The notes under the pieces: generated by a model
Seen by the model: only the letters and a program-made list of their open reading frames with translations
Database searches by the model: none
What the model was told of the DNA's origin: nothing
Part shown: positions 25,860 to 39,837 of the stretch, one piece after another
Layout of the letters: every line of letters starts with the position of its first letter
How positions within the stretch are numbered: the stretch's first letter is position 1
Position numbers and translations under genes: made by a program
Assembly: GCF_044704955.1 (NCBI RefSeq)
Contig: NC_091982.1
Coordinates: forward strand, 6,634,001 to 6,698,000
Origin: Pristiophorus japonicus
Lineage: Eukaryota
DNA length: 64,000 nucleotides
Direction of reading: 5' to 3'

Positions 25860-28800
25860 CTAAAGGGTCAAAGTGTAATAAAAAGGCAAGCATGAAAGCT
25901 CGGTGCCTCAATGCAAGGAGTATTCGGAACCCAGGTGAGGGCTCTGAGCTAGTTAGCGTGGGTGAGAGCTCAGATAAACAGGACCCCAAGAAAGAATGCA
26001 AAAGGCAGGAGGCAACAGAGCAGAGTAGCACTGGGGTAAGTGTAAACCACAAGGTGATAGGAAGGAACAATATGTATGAATATAAAGGGGCTGCAGGAGG
26101 GGTCAAAACTAAAAATCATAGTTTAAAAACTAGTATTAAAACACTCTACCTAAACGCACGCAACATTCGAAAAAGTAAATGAGTTGACGGCACAAATCAT
26201 TACAAATGGGTATGATTTGGTGGCCATTACAGAAACGTGGTTGTAGGGTGGCCAAGACTGGGAATTAAACATACAGGGGTATCTGACAATTCGGAAAGAT
26301 AGACAAGAAGGGAAAGGAGGTGGGGTAGCTCTGTTAATAAAGGATGCTATCAGGGCAGTTGTGAGAGACGATATTGGCTCTAATGAACAAAATGTTGAAT
26401 CACTGTGGGTGGAGATTAAAGATAGTAAGGGGAAAAAGTCACTGGTGGGCGTAGTTCATAGGCCCCCAAATAATAACTTCACGGTGGGGCGGGCAATAAT
26501 CAAGGGAATAATGGAGACATGTGAAAAAGGAACGGCAGTAATCATGGGGTATTTTAACCTACATATCGATTGGTCAAATCAAATCGCACGGGGTAGCCTT
26601 GAGGAGGAATTCATAGAATGCATATGGGATTGTTTCTTTGAACAGCATGCAACAGAACCTACAAGGGAGCAAGCTATTTTAGATCTGGTCCTGTGTAATG
26701 AGACAGGAATAATAAACGATCTCCTAGTAAAAGATCCTCTCTGAATGAGTGATCACAGTATTGTTGAATTTGTAATACAGATTGAGGGTGAGGAAGTAGT
26801 GTCTCAAACGAGCGTACTATGCTTAAACAAAGGGGACTTCAGTGGGATGAGGGCAGAGTTGGCTAAAGTAGACTGGAAACACAGACTAAACAGTGGCACA
26901 ATTGAGAAACAGTGGAGGACTTTTAAGGAGCTCTTTCATAGTGCTCAACAAAAATATATTCCAGTGAAAAAGAAGGGCGGTAAGAGAAGGGATAACCAGC
27001 CGTGGATAACCAAGGAAATAAAAGAGAGTATCAAATTAAAAACCAATGCGTATAAGGTGGCCAAGGTTAGTGGGAAACTAGAAGATTGGGAAAATTTTAA
27101 ACAACAGCAAAGAATGACTAAGAAAGCAATAAAGAAAGGAAAGATAGATTACGAAAGTAAACTTGCACAAAACAGAACAGTAAAAGCTTTTACCGATATA
27201 TAAAACAGAAAAGAGTGACGAAAGTAAATGTTGGTCCCTTAGAAGATGAGAAGGGGGATTTAATAATGGGAAATGTGGAAATGGCTGAGACCTTAAACAA
27301 TTATTTTGCTTCAGTCTTCACAGTGGAAGACACAAAAACCATGCCAAAAATTGCTGGTCACGGGAATGTGGGAAGAGAGGACCTTGAGATAATCACTATC
27401 ACTAGGAGGGTAGTGCTGGACAGGCCAATGGGACTCAAGGTAGACAAGTCCCCTGGTCCTGATGAAATGCATCCCAGGGTATTAAAAAAGATGGCAGAAG
27501 TTATAGCAGATGCATTTGTTATAATCTACCAAAATTCTCTGGACTCTGGGGAGGTACCAGCAGATTGGAAAGCAGCCTCTGTTTAGAAAAGGGGGCAGAC
27601 AAAAGGCAGGTAACTATAGGCCGGTTAGTTTAACATCTGTAGTGGGGAAAATACTTGAAGCTATCATTAAGGAAGAAATAGCGGGACATCCAGATAGGAA
27701 TAGTGCAATCAAGCAGACGCAACATGGATTCATGAAGGGGAAATCATGTTTAACTAATTTACTGGAATTCTTTGGGGATATAACGAGCATGGTGGATAGA
27801 GGTGTACCGATGGATGTGGTGTATTTAGATTTCCAAAAGGCATTCGATAAAGTGCCACACAAAAGGTTACTGCAGAAGATAAAGGTACGCGGAGTCAGAG
27901 GAAATGTATTAGCATGGATCGAGAATTAGCTGGCTAACAGAAAGCAGAGAGTCGGGATAAATGGGTCCTTTTCGGGTTGGAAATCGGTGGTTAGTGGTGT
28001 GCCACAGGGATCGGTGCTGGGACCATAACTGTTTACAATATACTTAGATGATCTGGAAGAGGGGACAGAGTGTAGTGTAACAAAATTTGCAGGTGACACA
28101 AAGATTAGTGGGAAAGTGGGTTGTGTAGAGGACACAGAGTGGCTGCAAAGAGATTTAGATAGGTTAAGCGAATGGGCTAAGGTTTGGCAGATGGAATACA
28201 ACGTCAGAAAATGTGAGGTCATCCACCTTGAAAAAAAAAAACAGTAAAAGGGATTATTATTTGAATGGGGAGAAATTACAACATACTGCATGTGCAGAGG
28301 GACCTGGGGGTCCTTGTGCATGAATCCCAAAGTTAGTTTGCAGGTGCAGCAGGTAATCAAGAAGACGAATGGAATGTTGGCTTTCATTGCAAGAGGGATG
28401 GAGTACAAAAGCAGGGAGGTCCTGCTGCAACTGTATAGGGTATTGGTGAGGCCGCACCTTGAGTATTGTGTGCAGTTTTGGTCACCTTACTTAAAGGATA
28501 TACTAGCTTTGGAGGGGGTACAGAGACAATTCACTAGGCTGATTCCAGAAATTAGGGGGTTACCTTATGATGATAGATTGAGTAGACTGGGTCTTTACTC
28601 GTTGGAGTTCAGAAGGATGAGGGGTGATCTTATAGAAACATTTAAAATAATGAAAGGGATAGACAAGATAGAGGCAGAGAGGTTGTTTCCACTGGTCAGG
28701 GAGACTAGAACTAGGGGGCACAGCCTCAAAATACGGGGGAGCCAATTTAAAACCGAGTTGAGAAGGAATTTCTTCTCCGAGGGTTGTGAATCTGTGGAAT

Positions 28801-29015
28801 TCTTTGCCCAAGGAAGCAGTTGAGGCTAGCTCATTGAATGTATTCAAATCACAGATAGATAGATTTTTAACCAATAAGGGAATTAAGGGTTACAGGGAGC
28901 GGGCGGGTAAGTGGAGCTGAGTCCATGGCCAGATCAGCCATGATCTTATTGAATGGCGGAGCAAGCTCGAGGGGCTAGATGGCCTACTCCTGTTCCTAAT
29001 TCTTATGATCTTATG
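25860..29015 (+). mobile_element. Near-complete degenerate CR1 ORF2 (APE endonuclease plus RT), second subfamily, nested in an older minus-strand CR1 (25518-25855 / 29016-29590)
   Basis: EN motifs YLNARNI, YDLVAITETW, GGGVAL, ILDLVL, SDH; RT ORFs 27215-28823; tail CCTAATTCTTATGATCTTATG. Confidence 0.92.
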
Positions 29016-30200
29016 AAAATTTCAATCAAATCATCCCTTAACCTTCCAAATTCCCTGGAACCCTAGTTTTTGTAATCGCTCCTCGTAATTTGGAGTCCAG
29101 GTATCATTCTGATAATTCTGCGCTGCACTCCTTCCGAAGGTGTGATGTCCAGAACTTAATACAGTACTCCAAGTATAGTCTAACCAGTGCTTTGTAGTTG
29201 TAGCACAACTTCTGCATCACCCCGCTCCCGTATTCTAGTCCACTAGCTACAAAGTCGTTTTCAATTAGCCTTTTATTTTCTGTACCTGCCCATGACATTT
29301 TAATGATCTATGTACATGGACTCATCCCCCCGCAAGTCTCTTTGGCCCTCCACTGTTTCTAGCTTTTCACCGTTTAGAAAGTAATGATATATCCTTTTTT
29401 AGGTCCAAAGTGGATGACCTCAAATTTGCCTATATTGAAATCCATTTGCCAGTTTTGTCCATTCAGTTAATCTATTAAATATCCCATTGTAACTTTATGA
29501 GCAGTGTAGATGAAAGTATAATGATGCCTATCCTTGTGTCAGTCAAAATTGGATATGTGGCTCCATCCCATCATCCAAGTCATAACACCATACTCCCCCC
29601 TCCCTCTCTGCGTCTCCAGGCCAGCAGATCGGTATCTGGCTTGAGGCTGGTATTTAGTATTTTGTGCTTGAATATTTGTTGACTATGCCTAAAAGCTAGG
29701 AGTAATTCAAACCACACTCCCGGGCCGGTTTCCCCCTACCAATTCGCAAATCATTCATGCCCTCCCCCAAGTGCTACCAGGCCCCTCCCTCCAAACCCTG
29801 AAGGAAAAACTACTTTGAAAATCCTTTCCACTATCAGTTTACTTTCCCACTTAAAAATTTACAGGAAAATTTAATTTATTTATGGAACAATATTTTATGT
29901 TTAAAATGCCTGTAATTAAGTCCATTAGTATCAAATAGATATTTTAAATAGAGAGATGTTAAATAGGAAAACAATTGAGAAGCTTTACTGTTTCTCCTGC
30001 GCATACAACTGTCTGATGGTTCCATCATTGAAAACTTGGTCCCTTGCACAAAAGGTGTACTCAGTTAACCACTTCTTGATGAACTAGATTAGGCAGAGCA
30101 TGCATTCAGCTGTGGGAATTAAACTGTTGGTATTCGACTACAATTTCTCAAGTCTTTGTGTTCCCAGCAGTCACTAGGTACATTTTTTGAGACATCTGTT

Positions 30201-30495
30201 CATAGAAACATAGAAAATAGGAGCAGTAGTAGCTATTCGGCCCTTGGAGTCTGCACCACCATTCAACATGACCATGGCTGATCCTCTATCTCAACACCAT
30301 ATTCCCGCTTTTTCCCCATACCCCTTGATGCCTTGTTTCTAGAAATCTATCAATCTCCTTCTTAAATATATTCAGTGATTTGGCCTCCACAGCCTTCTGT
30401 GGTAGAGAATGCCACAGGTTTGCCACTCAATGAAAACATTTCTCATCTCAGTCCTAAATTTCCTACCCTGTAACCCCTTGTTCTAGACTTCCCAT
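30201..30495 (-). mobile_element. CR1 3' fragment
   Basis: CATAGAAA tail and 3' UTR similar to the other CR1 copies. Confidence 0.8.
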
Positions 30496-33298
30496 TGCAT
30501 CTGCCTTTTCTAAGGTTAGTTTAAAATAAATTGATCACAGGCCAAGAAATAGGCAAGCTTCAAACAAAAGAGATTAAGAAATTCTCCTTCCCAGGGTAGT
30601 AAATATGTTGAACAGACTCCCTATGTAGATTAACTTCTTTAAAAAGAGCAAGATGACTAAGATTGAAAGATACAAGTCTTGATGCAACTGGTCAAACATT
30701 CAAATAACCCTTCCTCCTGTAATCACCAAGAAAATGTCATTTGTGGAATCTACAAAATGACGATTTCAATCCAATATCCTAAATTACTTTTTCTTGGGAG
30801 ACATTAATTAGTCATTTACCTCCCTGAAGGCCTGAGAATGGAAACTACACATGACACATTGGACAACAGACCATTTATTATTCCACACTTCTAAATAAAT
30901 ATCTATTAACTAACAGAAGACAACAGGTGAAATCACAGAGGAAATGCCGTTCAATGTTGGTTACAATTGATCCCTGAAGTCAGGTTATAGCCTTGAACTT
31001 GCTCACTGAATAATATATAATCATGTATACATTTTTGGAATTTTAATTTCAAAACATTTTATTTCCTTTTCCCCTTGGCTTTCTGACCATTTTATAGAGG
31101 GTTCCAGAATCTGAGCAGCATCAGTGGAAAGTTGTTGGAGAATTAAACTCCTGTGCTGCACCATTACTGACTGTTTATTAATAATATCCTTAATTGATTT
31201 TGCAAACCCAACTGTACAATGCAATAAATTCAAAATAATGAAAAATATTTTGACTTGCAAATAGGAAGATGGACTATAAAAATCAGTTAATATTTTTAAA
31301 ATGGCTGTACACAAGGGTGGTGGGAAAAAAACAAATCAGCAGGGCAATGTGCAGCCACCAGGAGCTATATCAGCATTAAAAGACCAGCCCAAACCCAAAA
31401 TTGGTGTCAGTCATTCTCTTTTTATTCATCTAAATAAAATAACTGACGGGTAACTGAATGAAAAGACAATGTTCCTGGAAACTTTCATGGGATTAATTAA
31501 TCAGCCTTCAAGAATTCCAATTTGAAGCGATTCTAAACATGATATTCTATTCAGTGGAAGCTCCATCCATGTACTTTATCATCCATTTTCTTCCAACAAT
31601 CACATAAATGGTTAAGCATAACAGATAGACGACACCATTTGAAATAACTACAGCCAAACTTTGTTTACTTGGAAAAACATTTTAGTCCCAAGTAACATGA
31701 CAGGAATACTCTATTCCTTACAGTGTACATAGTCTTAAAAATGATGACTGATGGACAATATAAATACAACTCCCAGGAATGGAGGAATTTGCAACCAAAG
31801 ACCACTCCCCAACTGATTGTGGGAAGTCAGTTTGTTGTCTCTTTGGATCATTGCCTAGACCAACAAATGGGAAGGCATATAACAATGAAACAGGCTTGTT
31901 AGTTGAGTTTTGATCTCATGGAAGAACACTATGCTGCCCTTTCAATCATTGCCAGACACACCTCAATCATATTAAAACTCAAAATCAAACCCACAGTGGG
32001 TCAGAACTGTGTTCAAAAGTAGAATTACCACTGTTGCTGTACTGTATCGTAATCCATCAAGAAAGCTTGTTTGGCTGTGAATTCTACCTTCCATATCTCA
32101 ATAACAAACACAAATATAATCCACAAGATATGCCTAAATGTACACATGCTTGATTTGGCGAGGATTTGTTTTTCTATATTTTATGTCCATAGTTAAAGAA
32201 TAGATTCCTTGGGAGAGTAGAGATGTAACAATGGATGAAGTTAGATTTGCTGGATAATTTCACATCACAATGAGCTTGGGTAGAGCCACTTTCCAGGTTT
32301 GGCAAGACTAAAAACCAGCAACTAACAAGTTGTAAAAAGCACTCTGTTTCTTCATTCCTGGGTAGGCTCTTCGTAAGCTCTTCGCACCTAACTAGCCACT
32401 TCTTCATATGTATAAAAACCCTTTTTATAAAAGTCCGTATTAGGATTTATTTCCTCCGATGAAATTCAAGTAACAATTTTTTGCTCTGTACAAAGTTAAT
32501 TTAGAGCAGTTTTTTAAAAAAAAACAGTAATTGTTAAACCATTTCTCAATGCTAGTTAAGAATGTGTGAAAATGTGATTATAAAGCAGTGTCAGGATGAA
32601 TACGCTGTTTGTGTAGTTTAGTCATTACGTGAGCTAAATTTTGCTGAACTAAAGGTATGGCTTTTTAAAAAAATGTTCCAGTTTCCCCCCCACCCCCACC
32701 CCTCTCTTGAAGTAGTGACCTTTGCAAGGGTTCTGTTCTATCATCAGCTACTGGTACCTTGCACAAATAGCCATTCTTCATTTATGAGCCTAGAAAGTGA
32801 ATGCTGCCAGATTTTTCACCGATGGGGAGACTTAACTGAAATAACTTCGCTGCAGGAGGCACTGAGTAGTAGATCAAGAGCGTGAAACTCTAGATAATTC
32901 TTTTCTTGTCCCTAGCAAACGGGCAGTGCAATCAACTGCAGCAATCTCGATGCAACCTTCACTGAGAAAGGCTGAGCACTAGGGACTAAAGCCGGGACCT
33001 TCCTCGATCTATATGGCTCAGTACCACTGTGGTACATTTACCATTCAGAAGGCCAAAGATTAGTATTTTTTTTTTAAAACACAAACAAGTGAGGATATGG
33101 GTTATGTACAGATGAGGGTTATTTTCATACACAACAGTAATTAACCTGGTTTCAGAATTGAAAATTTATCCATTGTAGATGGCTGTACAGATTATTTTGG
33201 GGCACTTTCCAATGCTCCAATGTGTCTGTGGCCCCAGTGACTAGCAACCTCATTGTGCCGAAACTCTTTCCATTGACCACAGTTACTGCAAGCACAGG

Positions 33299-33399
33299 TC
33301 ACTGGTCAGATCGGTTCTGCCCATACTCTATGATTAATGGCTTGCCCATCAGATTGTAGCCATTCACCATGTTGAGTGCTTCCATCGCCATCTCCACAC
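33299..33399 (-). CDS. RBM41: RBM41 last coding exon (end of RRM, stop TGA)
   Basis: TTTTTAG acceptor; (S)VEMAMEALNMVNGYNLMGKPLIIEYGQNRSDQ*. Confidence 0.9.
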
Positions 33400-34906
33400 C
33401 TAAAAAGAATGAGACAACTGAAAATTAAGCTGAAATAACTCGCTTCAGATATTTAACCATTGTAGGTTCAATTCCCAACAGGAATAAAAATCTCACCATA
33501 TTCAAGTTAAATCCTGTCATTCTGTGGATGCACAATACTGGGAAACACAGGGACATATCTATGTATAAAGTCTGTGGTATTATCGGTTTGTTCCTACCAC
33601 ACCCAAGATCTGGTGCCTAAAAGCAATAGTACATTAATAAATACAGCATGCAAAGTAGTTTTTGGATTACATAAATGGAGTGAAAATAACACTCAGGAGC
33701 AGGTGTCCACGTTGTTCAAACATGGTGTAAGACCTTTTTATATGTAGCTCATTTTGTTTTTCTCTCTCTCTCTCTCCTTCCCTCCCATACACACACACAC
33801 ACAATTTCTCCTTCACTTTCTTGAAAGAGCTGACTGTCATTCTAGATATAGTTCCAAGGGAGAATTCAAGTACAAGTCGAGACAGTGAGTGTCGGCAGGC
33901 TACTTGACCAGGGGGAGAATCACAGCCAAGCCTGATCCAGGTCTTTATGTCCATATAGATAGTATTTCCAGCAGGAGTCATTGGGTAACAGGAGCAAGAA
34001 CTTTGGTTTAATTTACACTCCTCTCCCAGGTGATATCCAGATACTGGTCTCAGCACAGACCAGAAATTGAACCTCAATGGCTTACCACATAGGACAGTGC
34101 GTCTGTACTCGACCGTGAGGAAACCTTACACACAAAAGGTATCAATAAAAGTACCTTCTATTATGCAATTTACAAAATACACTGATGTTAGAAACTCAGT
34201 ACAAAAATCAAACTGCCTGAACTACCAACAGCACCGTAAAATTTACAATTATAAATGCAATTTTTAATCGAGTGCAACTGACAACTATGCATTTTTGCTG
34301 TAAGCTGCACTTGTAAATGTAAACAATCTGATCTTTATTCCAGCGACAACAGAGACACACTATTAGTTTTATGAGCTGCTGCAAGATTTAATGGCTCTGC
34401 TTTTAACCCAATAAATGTGTTGAGCTGGCTTAAGTGCATCTGATGTCAAAAGATGGCCAATCAAAATGTTTTGATTGAAACAGAGGCCATAATTATGTTA
34501 TTACACTGCATGCATGCACAGAAAAAATATTGTAAATTGGTGCTCACTGTATCGATACAATCGCTGGAACCATCAACTTGGGCAGGGACATAAACTGGGT
34601 GACCGTTGTACACCCTGCCCGATTTCAAGTCAATGGAAAGGAAAATTTGGTCGGGTTTATAATGGGCAGCCAATGTAGTATCACTTGTTTTACACCCCTA
34701 ATGAAGAATGAAAGTTCTAGCCAATGAGCTTTCATTCCCTAGAGGTCCTACTGACTGAATCTCATTTTCTAAAACACATTTGCCCTATTACAGTCAAATA
34801 AAAGAAAAGATGTAATAAAAACATTTTACTCTTAAGCTTGATGAACAAAAGCACCACTGTAATAATCTCTCAGGAACTATCCTCCTTAGCATGTGACGAT
34901 ACGTAC

Positions 34907-35054
34907 TTGGGAAGGTGATGAATGCTTGTCCCTTCATTCGGCCCGTCAATAACCGGAAAAGGAGCTGAGGGCCGTCTTTTTGTTGGAAAGAAACAAATAA
35001 GGAAAATAGATCCTCCAGCGTGGCTTTTGGATTCAGGTTTTTCAAGTACAGAAC
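34907..35054 (-). CDS. RBM41: RBM41 exon 6 (RRM RNP2/RNP1)
   Basis: VLYLKNLNPKATLEDLFSLF...RLLTGRMKGQAFITFP; AG/GT bounded, 148 nt. Confidence 0.93.
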
Positions 35055-36619
35055 CTATGGGGAGGTGAGGGAGAAGGTGAAGAAATAAAGCACAGTGAAG
35101 TAAATGGGCAACTGCAAATTCTGCTGTCACATCTGAAAGTGATCAGACTGAACTTTTCTTTAAAACCATCCTCACTACCAGTAGCCACAAAATACAATTT
35201 GACTTTCCCACTAAAAAGTTTTCTCCAACTGAATTTGAGATTGATCCCTGGCTTGTGCCAAGTCAGACGATATTAGCCAAGGCAGCATTTGGGGCTGTAT
35301 GATAGGTCTCAGTGCCTATGAACGGTGCAGGAAAAAAAAAAAAAAGTCATCACTTCTGAAAGATATTGAATGATGTTGCTGGAATTACATTTGTGGATCT
35401 TCATTGAGATTAGAATCAAGCTTAACCACGATGGTCTGCCCTCTGTACCCCAACCTAAGATGAGCATCTCTTACTACCCCCAAGTACCATTTCCATTACC
35501 CATACCAATCAACCTTGTGGCTTCTCGGAGATTAGCAATTTGCTGTACCTCCAAATCAAGAGAGTTTAAGTCTGAGACTATCATGCTGAAGCTATATAGT
35601 GTTCTGGTCAGGTTGCAACTTGAATGTTATGTTCAGTGCTGGTGACTGAGGCACAAAGGAAACGTGTAAGCCATGGAAAGCCCCTAGGTTGAACCTTAGA
35701 ATCACAAGACTGCAGCATGCAAAAGGTCAGAAAAACTTGGGACACTTCAGTTTTGAAAGGAGGCAAATAAGTAGGATCCCTTAGACATTTAAAGACACCG
35801 TGCAATAGAAAAGATTAAGCCTGAGCACTTTAGAATCATTCAAAAGGCAGTTTGATGTCTTAATGAAGGAACTGCAGGTTTCTATGGAAGGATAAACAAT
35901 AGATGGTCAAAAGGCCCCATTCACCTTTACTTTGCAATTTGTGATCTCACTGTACATTTAATCATCATCTTGGGCGGTCCCTCGTATTGAGGATGATTTG
36001 CTTCCACACCAAAAAAGGATAAAGGGTGAATTCACAGGTGTTTCAATGAAGGACCTGACATTGCAGGTCTCAAACTACATACTGAAGCACCGCAAATTTA
36101 ATAGGATCTTATTGATAAACTAAAGCACAATACATTGATGATCTTGTATGTAATTCAATAAGCCAAATCTGATCTTATCTGAAGCATTCTTAAATTAATG
36201 TGGTGATATATTTGCATAAAAATGCTTGTATTCCTTCCAATAGCCTGCAAAAGATATATTTGTTCCTGCTCTGCTGCCCCACAAGTACTTTGGTGTTGTA
36301 GCTTTTTAAAATGTTAGGTATAGCTCACCTAATAGCTTGTTTTACTCCCCTTCCTTCCCCCATCTCAGCTTTGAAAATAAACAAGCAGAAGCAAAGTCCA
36401 TGATGTGACTGGTGAAACATTTTGGACACAAAGGATCAGAATTACTACGTTAGAGAGTGGAACTAGGAGAGGCACATATTTTAAATAGAGTAACCTAGGT
36501 GAAGGGCCAAGCTCCAGAGTGCAGGACATCAACAAGTGTAGGATAGAAGACAAGATAAATTTAGTGACTGGATGATGGAGATTAAGATGGAGAGTGACAC
36601 AATAAATTAATTCAGAGAC

Positions 36620-38840
36620 TAGGGTCCTGAACTTAAGGAAAGGTAACTTTGATGGTATGAGACGTGAATTGGCTAGAATAGATTGGCGAATGATACTTAA
36701 AGGGTTGACGGTGTATAGGCAATGGCAAACATTTAAAGATCACATGGATGAACTTCAACAATTACACATCCCTGTCTGGAGTAAAAATAAAACGGGGAAG
36801 GTGGCTCAACTGTGACTAACAAGGGAAATTAAGGATAGTGTTAAATCCAAGGAAGAGGCATATAAATTGGCCATAAAAAGCAGCAAACCTGAGGACTGGG
36901 AGAAATTTAGAATTCAGCAGAGGAGGACAAAGGATTTCATTAGGAGGGGGGGGAAATAGAGTATGAGAGAAAACTTGCTGGGAACATAAAAATTGACTGC
37001 AAAAGCTTCTATAGATATGTGAAGAGAAAAAGATTAGTGAAGACAAACATAGGTCCCTTGCAGTCAGATTCAGGTGAATTTATAAAGGGGAACAAAGAAA
37101 TGGCAGACCAGTTGAACAAATACTTTGGTTCTGTCTTCACGAAGGAAGACACAAATAACCTTCTGGAAATACGAGGAGACCGAGGGTCTAGGGAGAAGGA
37201 GAAACTGAAGGAAATCCTTATTGGGCGGGAAATTGTGTTAGGGAAATTGATGGGATTGAAGGCCGATAAATCCCCAAGGCCTGATAATCTGCATCCCAGA
37301 GTAATTAAGGAAGTGGCCCTAGAAATAGTGGATGCATTGGTGATCACTTTCCAACAGTCTTATCGACTCTGGATCAGTTCCTATGGACTGGAGGGTAGCT
37401 AATGTAACACCACTTTTTAAGAAAGGAGGGAGAGAGAGAAAACGGGGAATTATAGACCGGTTAGCCTGACATCAGTAGTCGGGAAAATGTTGGAATCTAT
37501 TAAAGATGAAATAGCAGCGCATTTGGAAAGCAGTGACAGGATCAGTCCAAGTCAGTATGGATTTATGAAAGGGAAATCATGCTTGACAAATCTTCTAGAA
37601 TTTTTTGAGGATGCAACTAGTCGAGTGGACAAGGGAGAACCAGTGGATATGGTGTATTTGGACTTTCAAAAGGCTTTTGACAAGGTCCCGCACAAGAGAT
37701 TGGTGCGCAAAATTAAAGCACATGGTATTGGGGGTAATGTACTGATGTAGATAGAGAACTGATTGGCAGACAGGAAGCAGAGAGTTGGCATAAACGGGTC
37801 CTTTTCAGAATGGCAGGCAGTGACTAGTGGGGTGCTGCAGGGCTCAGTGCTGGGACCCCAGCTATTTACAATATACATTAATGATTTAGATGAAGGAATT
37901 GAGTGTAATATTTCCAAGTTTGCAGATGACACTAAGCTGGGCGGCAGTGTGAGCTGTGAGGAAAACTCTAAGAGGCTGCAGGGTGACTTGGACAGGTTAA
38001 GTGAGTGGGCAAACGCATGGTAGATGCAGTATAATGTGGATAAATGTGAGATTATCCACTTTGGTGGCAAAAAAACGAAGGCAGAAAATTATCTGAATGG
38101 CGGCAGATTAGGAAAAGGGGAGGTGCAACGAGACCTGGGTGTCATGGTACATCAGTCATTGAAAGTTGGCATGCAGGTACAACAGGTGGTGAAGGCGGCA
38201 AATGGTATGTTGGCCTTCATAGCTCAGGGATTTGAGTATAGGAGCAGGGAGGTCTTACTGCAGTTGTACAGGGCCTTAGTGAGGCCTCACCTGGAATATT
38301 GTGTTCAGTTTTGGTCTCCTAATCTGAGGAAGGACGTTCTTACTATTGAAGGAGTGCAGCGACGGTTCACCAGACTGATTCCCGGGATGGCAGGACTGAC
38401 ATATGAGGAGAGATTGGATTGACTGGGCCTGTATTCACTGGAGTTTAGAAGGATGAGAGGGGATCCCATAGAAACATAAAATTCTGACGGGACTGGACAG
38501 GGTTAGATGCAGGAAGAATGTTCCCGATGTTGGGGACATCCAGAACTAGGGGACATAGTCTAAGGATAAGGGGGCAAGCCATTTAGGACTGAGATGAGGA
38601 GAAACTTCTTCACTCAGAGAGTTGTTAACCTGTGGAATTCTCTACCACAGAGATTTATTGATGCCAGTTCATTGGATATATTCAAGAGGAAGTTGGATGT
38701 GGTCCTTACGGCTAAAGGGATATGGAGAGAAAGCAGAAAAGTGGTACTGAGGGAATGATCAGCCAAGATCTTATTGAATGGTGGTGCAGGCTCGAAAGGC
38801 CGAATGGCCTACTCCTGCACCTATTTTCTATGTTTCTATG
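36620..38840 (+). mobile_element. CR1 LINE, 5'-truncated, in RBM41 intron 5
   Basis: ORFs 37019..38422 with CR1 RT motifs; TTTCTATG tail. Confidence 0.93.
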
Positions 38841-39418
38841 ATGCCAAGCTTGGATTTTAAAAGCCAAGTTTGTAAGAAGGGGAAAATTGTGAGTACCTGT
38901 ATTCTAAGTGACATGAGTACAAGGAGTTTCTAATCGGTTCAAATCCACAGCATTGCATTGAATGTAATTTGGTTTAAACTTGCAGTGCCATTCAGATTCA
39001 AATGATGGCTGATTACAGAGGAACATTTCCAGTCAGGCTTAAAAGAGACTTGTTATTTGAAGATCTGAGGGACATTTATCGTATATCTATCCATGCTATA
39101 CTTGAGATGGGAAAGCTTAAAACTTATACCAGGTGCCCAAAATAAAAAGAACTCCATTGCCCAATAACATTGTTTACCTTGATGAAAATTATTCTAACAA
39201 GGATAAATGCAACTACAGACTATTTCAATTTTTTAGTCATTGAACAGTGGTGTTGGCTGTACATTTTGAATAATACTACAATCAATGAAACCTCCCTTGG
39301 GGTTTCACTTCATCACAGACGTTAAATTAGTGGCAACGTGGACTTTTTTCCCCCACCTTACAGAGGTACACTCATCAAAAATACTTTTCCAGCTAATCAC
39401 TAATATTTAATCTCATAC

Positions 39419-39837
39419 CCTGCTTGGTTGTCCAGGATTATAGTTTGAAAATCTGGGAATCATTCGGATTTCCTCCTCAGAAAGTTTGTTCCTCCTGATC
39501 TCTTCTTTAGGAACAGCTTCCACTTGCTGGGTAATTTTCTGAGGGCCATGAGTGCCAGTGATGGGTAGGGTTCTGATAGGAACATTTACAGAAAGCCTCT
39601 TGGTGTTCTGATTTTCATACTGATCAGCAACACTGAGCTCATTTTGTGGTGGAATAAATAGGCCAGTCATTTCTCCAAAGGTACCTCCTTCACTTGTTGC
39701 TGTGGAAGGTATTTCCATAGAAGACCCCGGTCTGTTTTTGGGAGCTTCTCCCATTCCAACCGGATTGTTTTTGAATTTAAGTAACATCATTTCCAATTGG
39801 TTGATAGGGTCACTCTGGTCTTTTATATACTTTTCAT
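39419..39837 (-). CDS. RBM41: RBM41 exon 5
   Basis: 419 nt; ends ...VPKEEIRRNKLSEEEIRMIPRFSNYNPGQPSR, the conserved pre-RRM segment; TTTCAG acceptor, GTATGA donor. Confidence 0.9.
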